Assembly: GCA_003646745.1 (NCBI GenBank)
Contig: QMLM01000001.1
Coordinates: forward strand, 1 to 30,486
Direction of reading: 5' to 3'
Source: Deltaproteobacteria bacterium
Lineage (GTDB): Bacteria > Desulfobacterota > B13-G15 > RBG-16-54-18
Length of the DNA: 30,486 nucleotides
Shown piece by piece: positions 1 through 8,224 of the stretch. Position numbers and translations under genes: made by a program. The notes under the pieces are model-generated. The model searched no databases. It saw nothing but the letters and a program-made list of their open reading frames with translations, and had not been told where the DNA came from. Each line of letters begins with the position of its first letter. Position 1 is the first letter of the stretch.

Positions 1-263
1 GGCCTACCTTTTAATATGTGTTCCTCAATGATCTCAGGGACATCTTCAGGGGAAACCTGCATGTATATGATTCCCTCGGGGTAGATCACCACGATAGGTC
101 CTTGGGCACAAAACCCGTTACAACCTGTCTCTACTATTTGGACCTCTTCCTTCAGGCCTCTCTTCTCTACCTCAAAGGCAAAGGCCTTCCTCACCTCTGC
201 GCTTCCGGTAGAAAGACACCCTGTCCCGCCACATACCAAGATATGAGAGCGAAATATCTTCAT
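1..263 (-). CDS. NuoF-like (HydB/HndC-type) diaphorase subunit, N-terminal part; continues off the left edge
   Basis: Not in the ORF track. Manual translation from ATG at 263 (GGAGG upstream) gives MKIFRSHILVCGGTGCLSTGSAEVRKAF...VETGCNGFCAQGPIVVIYPEGIIY..EEHILKGR, the thioredoxin-like [2Fe-2S] N-terminal domain typical of HydB/HndC. It follows HndA- and HndB-like genes. Confidence 0.85.
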   Translation of the reverse strand, partial: MKIFRSHILVCGGTGCLSTGSAEVRKAFAFEVEKRGLKEEVQIVETGCNGFCAQGPIVVIYPEGIIYMQVSPEDVPEIIEEHILKGR

Positions 264-291
264 GGAATCCCTTCCTCCCTCTATCTATTTT

Positions 292-666
292 CTATTCCAG
301 CCCCTTGGCAAGGGCGAACTGCCTTTGGATCTCGCCTCCTAAGACATGCCTTTTAAAGACCTGCCTCATCTTATTCTCATCCATATAGCAATAGGTAATG
401 GGCTCCTCCCCTAATACTTCTACGGTAACCAAAGGTTCCTTACTACAGATCCCTATGCAGCCTGATGTGGTCACCATTACATCCTGAACCCCCTCTTCCT
501 CCATGGCACTTACCAAGGCGTTAAGGACCTTCCTGGCCCCTGAGGCAATTCCACAGGTCCCCATGTGAACGGTAACCTTCACCCTTTTTCCCCCCTCTCG
601 CAGGGAAGTGGCCTTCTTCACCTCCTCTTTTATCCTCTTTAAATCCTCGACTTTTATCTTGGGCAT
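292..666 (-). CDS. Thioredoxin-like [2Fe-2S] ferredoxin (HndB/HydD-type subunit)
   Basis: Motifs VHMGTCGIASGA and TSGCIGICSKEP. Start moved to ATG 666 (MPKIK), which has AGGAGG upstream. Confidence 0.85.
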   Translation of the reverse strand: MPKIKVEDLKRIKEEVKKATSLREGGKRVKVTVHMGTCGIASGARKVLNALVSAMEEEGVQDVMVTTSGCIGICSKEPLVTVEVLGEEPITYCYMDENKMRQVFKRHVLGGEIQRQFALAKGLE

Positions 667-711
667 CTCTTCCTCCTTTTTAAAAGACCTCAATATAATT
701 TCAAGAACAAC

Positions 712-1218
712 TTAGTCATATTTGGCCAATATCTCGTATATCTTTTGCACCTTTACCTGTTTATAGGTATCCTCATCTACCACTACCACAGGGGCTAGGC
801 CGCAAGCCCCCAGACAGCGAACAGTATCTAAAGAGAATCTCCTATCTGAGGTAGTCTCCCCGGGCCCGATGCCCAAATCATGTTCCAAGCGATCGAGATT
901 CTTCCTGCCCCCTCGTACGTAACAGGCGGTCCCAAGGCAAACTCGGATGGTGTGCCTCCCTCTCGGAACCATGGTGAAAAACGAATAAAAGGTCACCACG
1001 CCAAATACCTGACTTTGGGGAAGGTTGAGCCCCTCGGCAATTCGCCTTTGAATCTCGTTAGGGAGATATCCTAGTACCCCCTGAACCTCTTCCAACACAG
1101 GGATGAGGGAGCCAGGTTTCCCCTTGTACCTCTCTATGATGGCATCTACTTGCTGGAGTTGTTCCTCAGAAAATTCCTTTAAAAGTTCATTTGAGCTCCT
1201 TTCCTGCCTAAAATTCAT
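712..1218 (-). CDS. NuoE-like [2Fe-2S] subunit (HndA/HydC-type)
   Basis: LIPVLEEVQ, GVVTFYSFF, CLGTAC and CLGACGLAP motifs. Start moved to ATG 1218, which has GGAGG upstream. Confidence 0.9.
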   Translation of the reverse strand: MNFRQERSSNELLKEFSEEQLQQVDAIIERYKGKPGSLIPVLEEVQGVLGYLPNEIQRRIAEGLNLPQSQVFGVVTFYSFFTMVPRGRHTIRVCLGTACYVRGGRKNLDRLEHDLGIGPGETTSDRRFSLDTVRCLGACGLAPVVVVDEDTYKQVKVQKIYEILAKYD

Positions 1219-1249
1219 AGCTTCCCTCCTCTGATCAATGTATCTAAAC

Positions 1250-1825
1250 CTATTCCTCCCCGGCAAGCAAACCCAAGTCTAATTTACATCCCAATTTCGT
1301 TAATCCATTTGTTATTTCATCTCTAATAAATCGAACCACCTTTGGATGATCGATGGGGATATCCCCCAATTCTGTCTTGAGTTCCACGGTATCAAAGACA
1401 AAAGAATCATCGCTCCTGATATGGACATATTTAAAATCCATGTCTGGGTTGCCCACGATGAGGGTCGTTAATGTGCTGGCAATATCTCCCAGAGGTTTAC
1501 GGTCGATATGGTTGTAACGGAAAGTGGCCCTCACCAATGTCCCTTCCCCCTCCCTGGAATGAACCTGGAGATCTCCTTCACACTGTTGGGCTGCTTGTTC
1601 CAACAAAGATAACCCTAACCCTATCTTACGAGTAGAGCGGGTGGTGAAAAAGGGATCGACCACCTTCTCCAATAAATGGGCGGGGATCCCCTCCCCATCA
1701 TCCTCGATTTCTAAAATCATCCTATTCCCTTCCGGATCTTCTTCAATCCGTATCTCCACCCTAGATGCCTTTGCAGCTATGGAGTTCTCCACAATGTCCA
1801 ATATATGCAAGGATAAATCCTGCAT
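1250..1825 (-). CDS. Stand-alone histidine-kinase-like ATPase (HATPase_c), no HisKA or sensor domain
   Basis: N box (DIVENS), G1 (DDGEGI), F box (DPFFTT), G2 (GLGLSL), G3 (GEGT). No phospho-His helix upstream. Confidence 0.8.
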   Translation of the reverse strand: MQDLSLHILDIVENSIAAKASRVEIRIEEDPEGNRMILEIEDDGEGIPAHLLEKVVDPFFTTRSTRKIGLGLSLLEQAAQQCEGDLQVHSREGEGTLVRATFRYNHIDRKPLGDIASTLTTLIVGNPDMDFKYVHIRSDDSFVFDTVELKTELGDIPIDHPKVVRFIRDEITNGLTKLGCKLDLGLLAGEE

Positions 1826-1830
1826 AAAAA

Positions 1831-2562
1831 TTACAGTAGCTCTATTATTCGGCGTCCCCCTTCCCCTTGAAGAGCCCTTTGAATCTCCTCCAAGCTAGGA
1901 GCCTCTAAAGAGAAGAGGGTTTTCTTCGTCCCTATATCTCGTAAAAAATGGGCGTCAGAGGACGTAATCACCTCATATCCCCCTAACTCATCCTCCCTTT
2001 TCGAAGCCGAAGATACTTCCACAGCATCTATCGGTAGACCTCGAGGGATGTACCCCAATTGGCTGATTATGCTGAAGGCCTCTTTGTCCACATGGGAAGG
2101 AATACAAATCCCCCCCAGATCTCTCACCCCATATATAACCTCCTCTAAGGAGAGATCGATGGAGTTTATCAATAATTTTTCCTCAAAACAAAGGACATAC
2201 CCCTCTTCATCTACAAGGGGCTGATGGCCGAATACATCTGGGTCGTTACATACATCAGGAAGATGATCGTAGACAAACGCGTCCCACTCTTCAAGGGACT
2301 CTAAACTTCTAAAGAGGGAGAGAAGGTGCACCTCCTCCCTGCTCTGAACTTCCATCCCTGGAATAACGGCGAGGGGGAAGTCAGATGCCGCCTTCATCAC
2401 CGCACCTACGTTTTTGCCCGAATTGTGGTCTGTAATGGCGATGATATCCAGCTTTGCCTCAACTGCCTTGCGCACGATTTTGGCCGGCGTCATCTCCAAG
2501 TCCGCACAGGGCGAAAGACAAGTATGTATATGGAGATCAGAGGAATATACGCTCAACATCAA
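1831..2562 (-). CDS. PHP-domain phosphoesterase
   Basis: PHP metal-binding motifs DLHIH, TDHN, GME, SHVD and SSDAH. Confidence 0.85.
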   Translation of the reverse strand: MMLSVYSSDLHIHTCLSPCADLEMTPAKIVRKAVEAKLDIIAITDHNSGKNVGAVMKAASDFPLAVIPGMEVQSREEVHLLSLFRSLESLEEWDAFVYDHLPDVCNDPDVFGHQPLVDEEGYVLCFEEKLLINSIDLSLEEVIYGVRDLGGICIPSHVDKEAFSIISQLGYIPRGLPIDAVEVSSASKREDELGGYEVITSSDAHFLRDIGTKKTLFSLEAPSLEEIQRALQGEGGRRIIELL

Positions 2563-2903
2563 CCTTGGCCATATATACCCAAGCGGTATAGTCTGCCTAC
2601 GACCTCAAAGGTCGGCAAAGAGCTACACAAAATAGGGACACCTTCCTCCTCGGCCCGCTGCAGGGTATCGGCATCGGGCTGCCTGCCATTGGCTAAGATT
2701 ATTCCCGCTAGGTCCCGCAGGGTAGCAATCGCCACGATGTTAGGATGACCCTGAATAGTCACCCAGATGTCCCCCTCCCTGCTGTTGGCCATGACGTCGC
2801 TAAGCAGATCGCTGGCATATCCTCCTCTCACCTCCCTATCTAACCCTCCTTGGGCCGCCTTTACGGTCAACTTGAGCTCTTCGACAATCCTTGTAAGTTT
2901 CAT
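2559..2903 (-). CDS. DRTGG-domain protein (HPr-kinase N-terminal-like fold)
   Basis: GGYASDLLSDVM..GDIWVT..LAGIILANGRQPD pattern. Start ATG 2903 overlaps the upstream stop (ATGA). The longer 2987 start lies inside the upstream gene. Confidence 0.8.
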   Translation of the reverse strand: MKLTRIVEELKLTVKAAQGGLDREVRGGYASDLLSDVMANSREGDIWVTIQGHPNIVAIATLRDLAGIILANGRQPDADTLQRAEEEGVPILCSSLPTFEVVGRLYRLGIYGQG

Positions 2904-4246
2904 CTCCCCCTCTTGGGTAGGGAATGGGGCTTTTTCTGCGCCCACTCCATAACCTCTTCCGCCAGATCTTTGACCCTCTCCCTCCACTTAAAGATACAAT
3001 CGGTTATCTCCGCTCTGCCCTGCACAACATCATCAGCCAAGGCGCGACAATTGGGAGCACCACATGCCCCGCAGTCCAAACCGGGCAAAGAGGAGTGAAT
3101 TTCATCTCGCAGCTTCATCTTCTCCACGGCCTTGACAGGATCTGGGTCCAGGCGGCTGGCAAAGGGCTTGGGCTTCAATCCTTTCTCAAAGAAGTAATCC
3201 CCTTGCTTAAAACGTTTTACCACCTCTTCCCGTTCTATCATCGATTTTCTCTCATCCTCCATCATCAACTTCCTTATCCGCCCCCTGGCCACGTAGCGAT
3301 CAACCACTGTCAGGGCCCCTCCTACACAGCCCTCAGGGCAAGCCCTTGCCTCGATGAACTCGATGTTGCGCAGCTTGCCATTTTCTATCTCATCCAAAAC
3401 ATTTATCACGTTCTTGATCCCATCCACCACGATATTCTCCATATCACTGCGCAGGCACCTTTGTCGCTCCAACTCCCTTATCTCCCCTCCCTTTACCGCC
3501 CATCCTATCCCTGTCCCGGTTGCTTTCTGGAGGTTTTCCTCTTCCCTTACCTCCCTCATAGCCGCCAACAATTGTCCATAGATATCGGAGATGGATATGG
3601 CTCCATTTATGTAAGATTTCTCCTTCGTCTCCGTCTTTGCTACCGCCACCATCTTGGCCGGGCAGGGTACCAGATAGAAGATCCCTATCTCCTCCTCCTT
3701 TAAGCTGAGCTGCTGCGCCTTCACCTTTCTAAGTTCCTTCGCCACGATTTCAGCAGGTAACTCAATGGGGTTGATTTGATCCACAAAATTGGGAAATCTG
3801 ATCTGGATCAGCCTGATGATGGCTGGACATAATGAGGAGATAACGGGGTAAGGACCCCTGTAACCCTTGAGATACTCTTGCGTAGCAATACTCGCTATCT
3901 CCGCCCCCACTGCTTCCTCGTAAACATCGTCAAAACCGAGGACCTTGAGGGCACACAACACCTTGTTAGCCACCCCTTCTCCAGGAAATTGGGCATATAA
4001 TGAAGAAGATGGAATGACTACGGTATATTTGTAATTTTTAAGGTCTTCAAGCCCGTGGGTTTTGGCTGTGATGGCATTTTCAGGACAGTCACGAAAGCAC
4101 TTACCACAAATGATGCACCTATTGGTGAGGATCCTGGCTTTGCCTTCGTAGATCCTAATGGCCTCAGTACGGCAGGACATTATGCAGTTTACACAGCCCT
4201 GGCATCTATCCTCATCAATGGTGATGATACCATAAGACCTCTTCAT
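2900..4246 (-). CDS. [FeFe]-hydrogenase large-subunit-like protein (group C/D-like, putatively sensory) with N-terminal 2x[4Fe-4S] and C-terminal FeS domain
   Basis: Two CxxCxxCxxxC motifs; divergent H-cluster motifs SSLCPA, VPCPAK and ACPEGCVGG; C-terminal Cx2Cx4Cx16C (CGACGAPNC...DC). No PAS domain. Confidence 0.8.
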   Translation of the reverse strand: MKRSYGIITIDEDRCQGCVNCIMSCRTEAIRIYEGKARILTNRCIICGKCFRDCPENAITAKTHGLEDLKNYKYTVVIPSSSLYAQFPGEGVANKVLCALKVLGFDDVYEEAVGAEIASIATQEYLKGYRGPYPVISSLCPAIIRLIQIRFPNFVDQINPIELPAEIVAKELRKVKAQQLSLKEEEIGIFYLVPCPAKMVAVAKTETKEKSYINGAISISDIYGQLLAAMREVREEENLQKATGTGIGWAVKGGEIRELERQRCLRSDMENIVVDGIKNVINVLDEIENGKLRNIEFIEARACPEGCVGGALTVVDRYVARGRIRKLMMEDERKSMIEREEVVKRFKQGDYFFEKGLKPKPFASRLDPDPVKAVEKMKLRDEIHSSLPGLDCGACGAPNCRALADDVVQGRAEITDCIFKWRERVKDLAEEVMEWAQKKPHSLPKRGR

Positions 4247-4689
4247 CCAAACTCCCTTATCGATGAAGGTTTAATTAACATATCCACCACAGTCCCCTCC
4301 CCAACAGTGGAGGCGATATTTAATTTATCTACGTTCTTCTTTATGTTAGGCAACCCCATTCCCGCCCCAAAGCCCATCTCCCTGATCTCTGGGGAGGCGG
4401 TTGAATACCCTTCTTGCATCGCCAGCTCTATATCCTGTATCCCTGGTCCCTTGTCCTTAACGACAATCCTCAACTCCTCGGGGCTAATGGTTAAGTGCAA
4501 AACCCCCCTCTCCGCATGACATACCACGTTCATCTCTGCCTCATAAGAAGCAATGGCTACCCTTCTGACGAAATCGGGATCAAAACCTAATTCTTTCAAA
4601 ATCTCCTTGACCTTGCTCGATACCTTCCCCGCATTCCTGAAGTCCTTTCCATTTATCTCATAGTCCCACTCCAGCACCTTTTCTTCCAT
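4243..4689 (-). CDS. RsbT/RsbW-like anti-sigma-type Ser/Thr protein kinase (HATPase_c_2)
   Basis: YEAEMNV, DKGPGI..AMQEGYST, GAGMGLPNIKK and GEGT motifs. Confidence 0.85.
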   Translation of the reverse strand: MEEKVLEWDYEINGKDFRNAGKVSSKVKEILKELGFDPDFVRRVAIASYEAEMNVVCHAERGVLHLTISPEELRIVVKDKGPGIQDIELAMQEGYSTASPEIREMGFGAGMGLPNIKKNVDKLNIASTVGEGTVVDMLIKPSSIREFG

Positions 4690-4699
4690 CTATGCATAC

Positions 4700-5056
4700 T
4701 CACCAGATGGTTCCTAAGCTACCGGGCAACCCTCTCATCCCCAACCTAACACATGCCTCATACATTAACAGTTTTGTGGCCAACAGGGGTATATCTTTGC
4801 TCTTGGCCAGGCCTATGGTCTCTTGATCAGGCCTCTTTCCCCTAACAAAGGCGATGGCCTTGAGCTCTGCCAGCTCCGCTGTCCAGATCACCTGTGAGTT
4901 TACCAATCCCGTTATCAACAGTTCCCCCCCTTGGCTGCGGTTCAAGACATCACTCATCAGATCAGCAGCCCGGGCCATCTCGATCTCCATCTGGAGGTCG
5001 ACGGGCTCCCAGAGAAGTTCTGCCTCCAGTATCCCTTGGATCTCCCAAAGTTGCAT
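4700..5056 (-). CDS. DRTGG-domain protein
   Basis: AADLMSDVL..LLITGL..IAFVRGKRPD..IPLLAT pattern; paralog of 2559-2903. Confidence 0.8.
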   Translation of the reverse strand: MQLWEIQGILEAELLWEPVDLQMEIEMARAADLMSDVLNRSQGGELLITGLVNSQVIWTAELAELKAIAFVRGKRPDQETIGLAKSKDIPLLATKLLMYEACVRLGMRGLPGSLGTIW

Positions 5057-5079
5057 GAAATTAGACTACTCCAACTATT

Positions 5080-5092
5080 TTGACTCTGTCAA
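5080..5092. promoter_or_regulatory. Inverted repeat TTGAC-N3-GTCAA, also a minus-strand TTGACA -35 candidate, upstream of the regulatory cassette
   Basis: Sequence TTGACTCTGTCAA in the 103-bp gap between nuoN and the first DRTGG gene. Function inferred only. Confidence 0.3.
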
Positions 5093-5159
5093 CAAGGATG
5101 ATATGAAGCATGCCGGGGAGAGGATTGTCCTAGAACAGATGCAGATCTTCTAAACACTC

Positions 5160-6626
5160 TTACAGTAAGAACTGAACAGAACGTTGGGCCAAGGCCAAAA
5201 AGGTGGAGGGTAATATCCCAATTTGCAACACACCCCATACAGATATAATTACAGCCAAGACAGCAGATGGTGAAAAGGCACCCACCGCCAGCTCCCTCTC
5301 CGGCTCCCGGAAATACATGTAGATCAGCACCCTGAGGTAGTAATAGGCGGCCACTGCACTATTCAAGACCCCTATGACGGCAAGCCAGTAGTACCTGGCC
5401 TTCACTGCCGCGCTGAACACATAGAACTTGGCCATAAAACCGGCCATGGGGGGCACCCCTGCCAACGAAAGCATAAAGATGGACATGGAGGCCGCCAGTA
5501 GGGGGTGCTTAAATCCGACTCCTGCATAATCCGCTAGCTGGGTATTCTCTTCCCCCTTTTTCCCCAAAAGGATTACCACTGTAAAGGCCCCTATGTTCAT
5601 AAAGACATAGGCCAACAGATAAAACAGAATACTTGATTTGCCCAGCTCGTTTCCGGCCACAAAGGCCACCATGATATAACCGGCATGGGCAATACTGGAA
5701 TAGGCCAGCATCCTCTTTATGTTTGTTTGGGAAAGGGCAATGATGTTGCCCACCGTCATGGTGGCAACAGCTAGTATCCACATAATCTGCGTCCAATAGG
5801 CCTGAAGATTGGGTAAGGCATAGAAAAAGACCCTTACAAAGGCGGCAAATCCTGCAGCCTTGACCCCTGTGGCCATAAAGGCGGTAATGGAGGTTGGTGC
5901 CCCCTCATATACGTCGGGGGTCCACATATGAAAGGGCACCAGGGCTATCTTAAAACCAAACCCAATGATAAGCAGCGCAAGCCCGATGATCACTATGGGG
6001 AGGCTGCTAATCCAAGCCTGCCTTGTGAGGACCTCGCCGATCCCAGCCAGGTCAAGGGTTCCTGTGGAGGCATAGGTAAGAGCGATACCGTAGAGGAGAA
6101 ATGCCGAGGCAAAGGCCCCCAGCAAAAAATATTTAAAAGCTGCCTCCACCGATCTGGTGTCATCGCGCATGATGCCGGCCAACACATAGATGGAGATAGA
6201 CATCACCTCCAACCCCAAGAAGATGATCAGAAGATTAACCCCCGAGGCCATCAACATCATCCCCACGGTGGCAAATAACACAAGAACGTAATACTCCCCT
6301 AGATCTATCCCTTCCCTCTTGGTGTATCCCAGGGAGGCCAAAATGGTCAAAAAGGCAACGATCAAAAACATGACCTTGAAGAAGAGACAGAATGGATCCA
6401 TCGTCACCATGCCGTTGAATGCCTTAATTTCCTTGCCAATTCCTAAAAACAGTGAGAAAAAGGCTATCACTACACCCACCAGGGCGGTATAACCGAGTGG
6501 GCCTCTGCTTTGTCTGCGAACAAACACACTTAGGATCAAGACAAATAGGGCGAAGATGGTCAATACTAACTCAGGGGCGATAACCTTCAGATCTGCCGCT
6601 GAAAACTGGATTTTGAAGATCTCCAT
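5160..6626 (-). CDS. nuoN: NADH-quinone oxidoreductase subunit N
   Basis: GLEVMS, EAAFKYFLLGAFASAFLLYG, GFKIALVPFHMWTPDVYEGAP, KRMLAYSSIAH and FMAKF motifs. Confidence 0.95.
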   Translation of the reverse strand: MEIFKIQFSAADLKVIAPELVLTIFALFVLILSVFVRRQSRGPLGYTALVGVVIAFFSLFLGIGKEIKAFNGMVTMDPFCLFFKVMFLIVAFLTILASLGYTKREGIDLGEYYVLVLFATVGMMLMASGVNLLIIFLGLEVMSISIYVLAGIMRDDTRSVEAAFKYFLLGAFASAFLLYGIALTYASTGTLDLAGIGEVLTRQAWISSLPIVIIGLALLIIGFGFKIALVPFHMWTPDVYEGAPTSITAFMATGVKAAGFAAFVRVFFYALPNLQAYWTQIMWILAVATMTVGNIIALSQTNIKRMLAYSSIAHAGYIMVAFVAGNELGKSSILFYLLAYVFMNIGAFTVVILLGKKGEENTQLADYAGVGFKHPLLAASMSIFMLSLAGVPPMAGFMAKFYVFSAAVKARYYWLAVIGVLNSAVAAYYYLRVLIYMYFREPERELAVGAFSPSAVLAVIISVWGVLQIGILPSTFLALAQRSVQFLL

Positions 6627-6633
6627 CTCCTTC

Positions 6634-8214
6634 TTACTCCTTTATCAACAATTTAACCTTCGACCCCTTCACTCCTTTGACCAAAAATCCGCCTCCCTCC
6701 GGGGCCGTCACCGCAGCCTCATACCTAGCTTTGACGTCATAGAGGAAGTGTTGTACCGAGAGGTCCATCTTCTTAAAGAAGAACTTCGGGAAGATTCCCA
6801 TCCAGAAGATCATGATGATGATGGGTACCAAGGTCACAATCTCCCGGAAGTTGAGATCCTTGAGTCCTCGATTTTCCGGGTGTTTGATATCCCCAAACAT
6901 CACCCGTTGAAACATCCAAAGCATATAGGCCGCCGCCAAAATCACCCCTGTGGCCCCGAAGACCCCGTATACCGGGTTGGCCTTAAAGGTCCCCAAAAGG
7001 ATCAGAAATTCCCCCACAAAGCCGTTGGTCCCAGGCAGGGCGATGGAGGACAGCGCCACGATCATGAAGAAAGTAGCAAATATCGGCATCACCCGCGAGA
7101 GCCCGCCGAAATCGGCGATCAGCCTGGTATGTCTCCTCTCATAGATCATCCCCACGATCAAAAACAGTGCCCCCGTGCTCACCCCATGGTTGAGCATCTG
7201 ATAGATGCTCCCCTGTACCCCTTGCACGTTAAAGGCGAACATCCCCAGCATGACAAAGCCGAGGTGACTTACACTGGAAAAGGCCACCAATTTCTTAAGG
7301 TCATCTTGCATCATGGAGACCAGGGCTCCGTAGATGATCCCGATAAGTGCCAAGACCGATATCACAGGGATGGCCTTGAAGGCAGCGGCGGGGAATAAGG
7401 GAATAGCAAAACGTATGAAACCGTAAGTCCCCAGCTTCAGCAGAATTCCAGCCAGGATTACGGAGCCGGCGGTGGGGGCTTCCACATGGGCATCGGGCAA
7501 CCATGTGTGGAAGGGGAACATAGGTACCTTGATGGCAAAGGCTAGGGCAAAGGCAGCAAACATTATGTATTGCGTCTTTATGGGGAGGCTCACCTGATAG
7601 AGCTTAAGAAGGTCAAAAGTATAAACACCGGTGGCCTTCCCGTGGAGGAAGTAAAGGGCGATGATGGCCACCAACATCAACACACTCCCCGCCATAGTAT
7701 AAAGGAAGAACTTTATGGCGGCATAAATCCTCCTCGGTCCTCCCCAGACCCCGATGATGAGGTACATGGGGATCAACATGACCTCCCAGAATATATAGAA
7801 GAGAATGAGATCCAGGGCGACAAAGGCCCCGATCATACCGGTCTCCAGAAAGAGGAAGGATATCATGTATTCCTTTACACTCTTCTCGACCGCCCTCCAG
7901 GAGCTAAGGATACACAGCACGGTTAGGAAAGTGGTCAATAGAATCAACAGTAGGCTTATCCCATCAACCCCCATGTAATAGGTGACCCCCCATTCCTTAA
8001 TCCATGGGACTTTTTCCACAAACTGCATCCCGGCCTTACCCTCATCAAAATAAATAAAGAGGGGAAGAGAGATGACAAACTCGACCAGCGAGATGATGAG
8101 GGTCACCCACTTGAGGAGTTCTTCCCTCTCCCTGGGGACAAACAATAGCAGTATCGCCCCTGCAAGGGGCAGGAAGGTAATTGTTGTCAAAATGGGAAAA
8201 CCCAATTGGTTCAT
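6634..8214 (-). CDS. nuoM: NADH-quinone oxidoreductase subunit M
   Basis: [41 protein letters not shown] and GFVGEF motifs. Confidence 0.95.
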   Translation of the reverse strand: MNQLGFPILTTITFLPLAGAILLLFVPREREELLKWVTLIISLVEFVISLPLFIYFDEGKAGMQFVEKVPWIKEWGVTYYMGVDGISLLLILLTTFLTVLCILSSWRAVEKSVKEYMISFLFLETGMIGAFVALDLILFYIFWEVMLIPMYLIIGVWGGPRRIYAAIKFFLYTMAGSVLMLVAIIALYFLHGKATGVYTFDLLKLYQVSLPIKTQYIMFAAFALAFAIKVPMFPFHTWLPDAHVEAPTAGSVILAGILLKLGTYGFIRFAIPLFPAAAFKAIPVISVLALIGIIYGALVSMMQDDLKKLVAFSSVSHLGFVMLGMFAFNVQGVQGSIYQMLNHGVSTGALFLIVGMIYERRHTRLIADFGGLSRVMPIFATFFMIVALSSIALPGTNGFVGEFLILLGTFKANPVYGVFGATGVILAAAYMLWMFQRVMFGDIKHPENRGLKDLNFREIVTLVPIIIMIFWMGIFPKFFFKKMDLSVQHFLYDVKARYEAAVTAPEGGGFLVKGVKGSKVKLLIKE

Positions 8215-8224
8215 GGAAGACCTC

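Noticed and set aside
2924-3703. 259-aa plus-strand ORF
   Set aside because: Antisense shadow of the [FeFe]-like gene, with no recognisable motifs.
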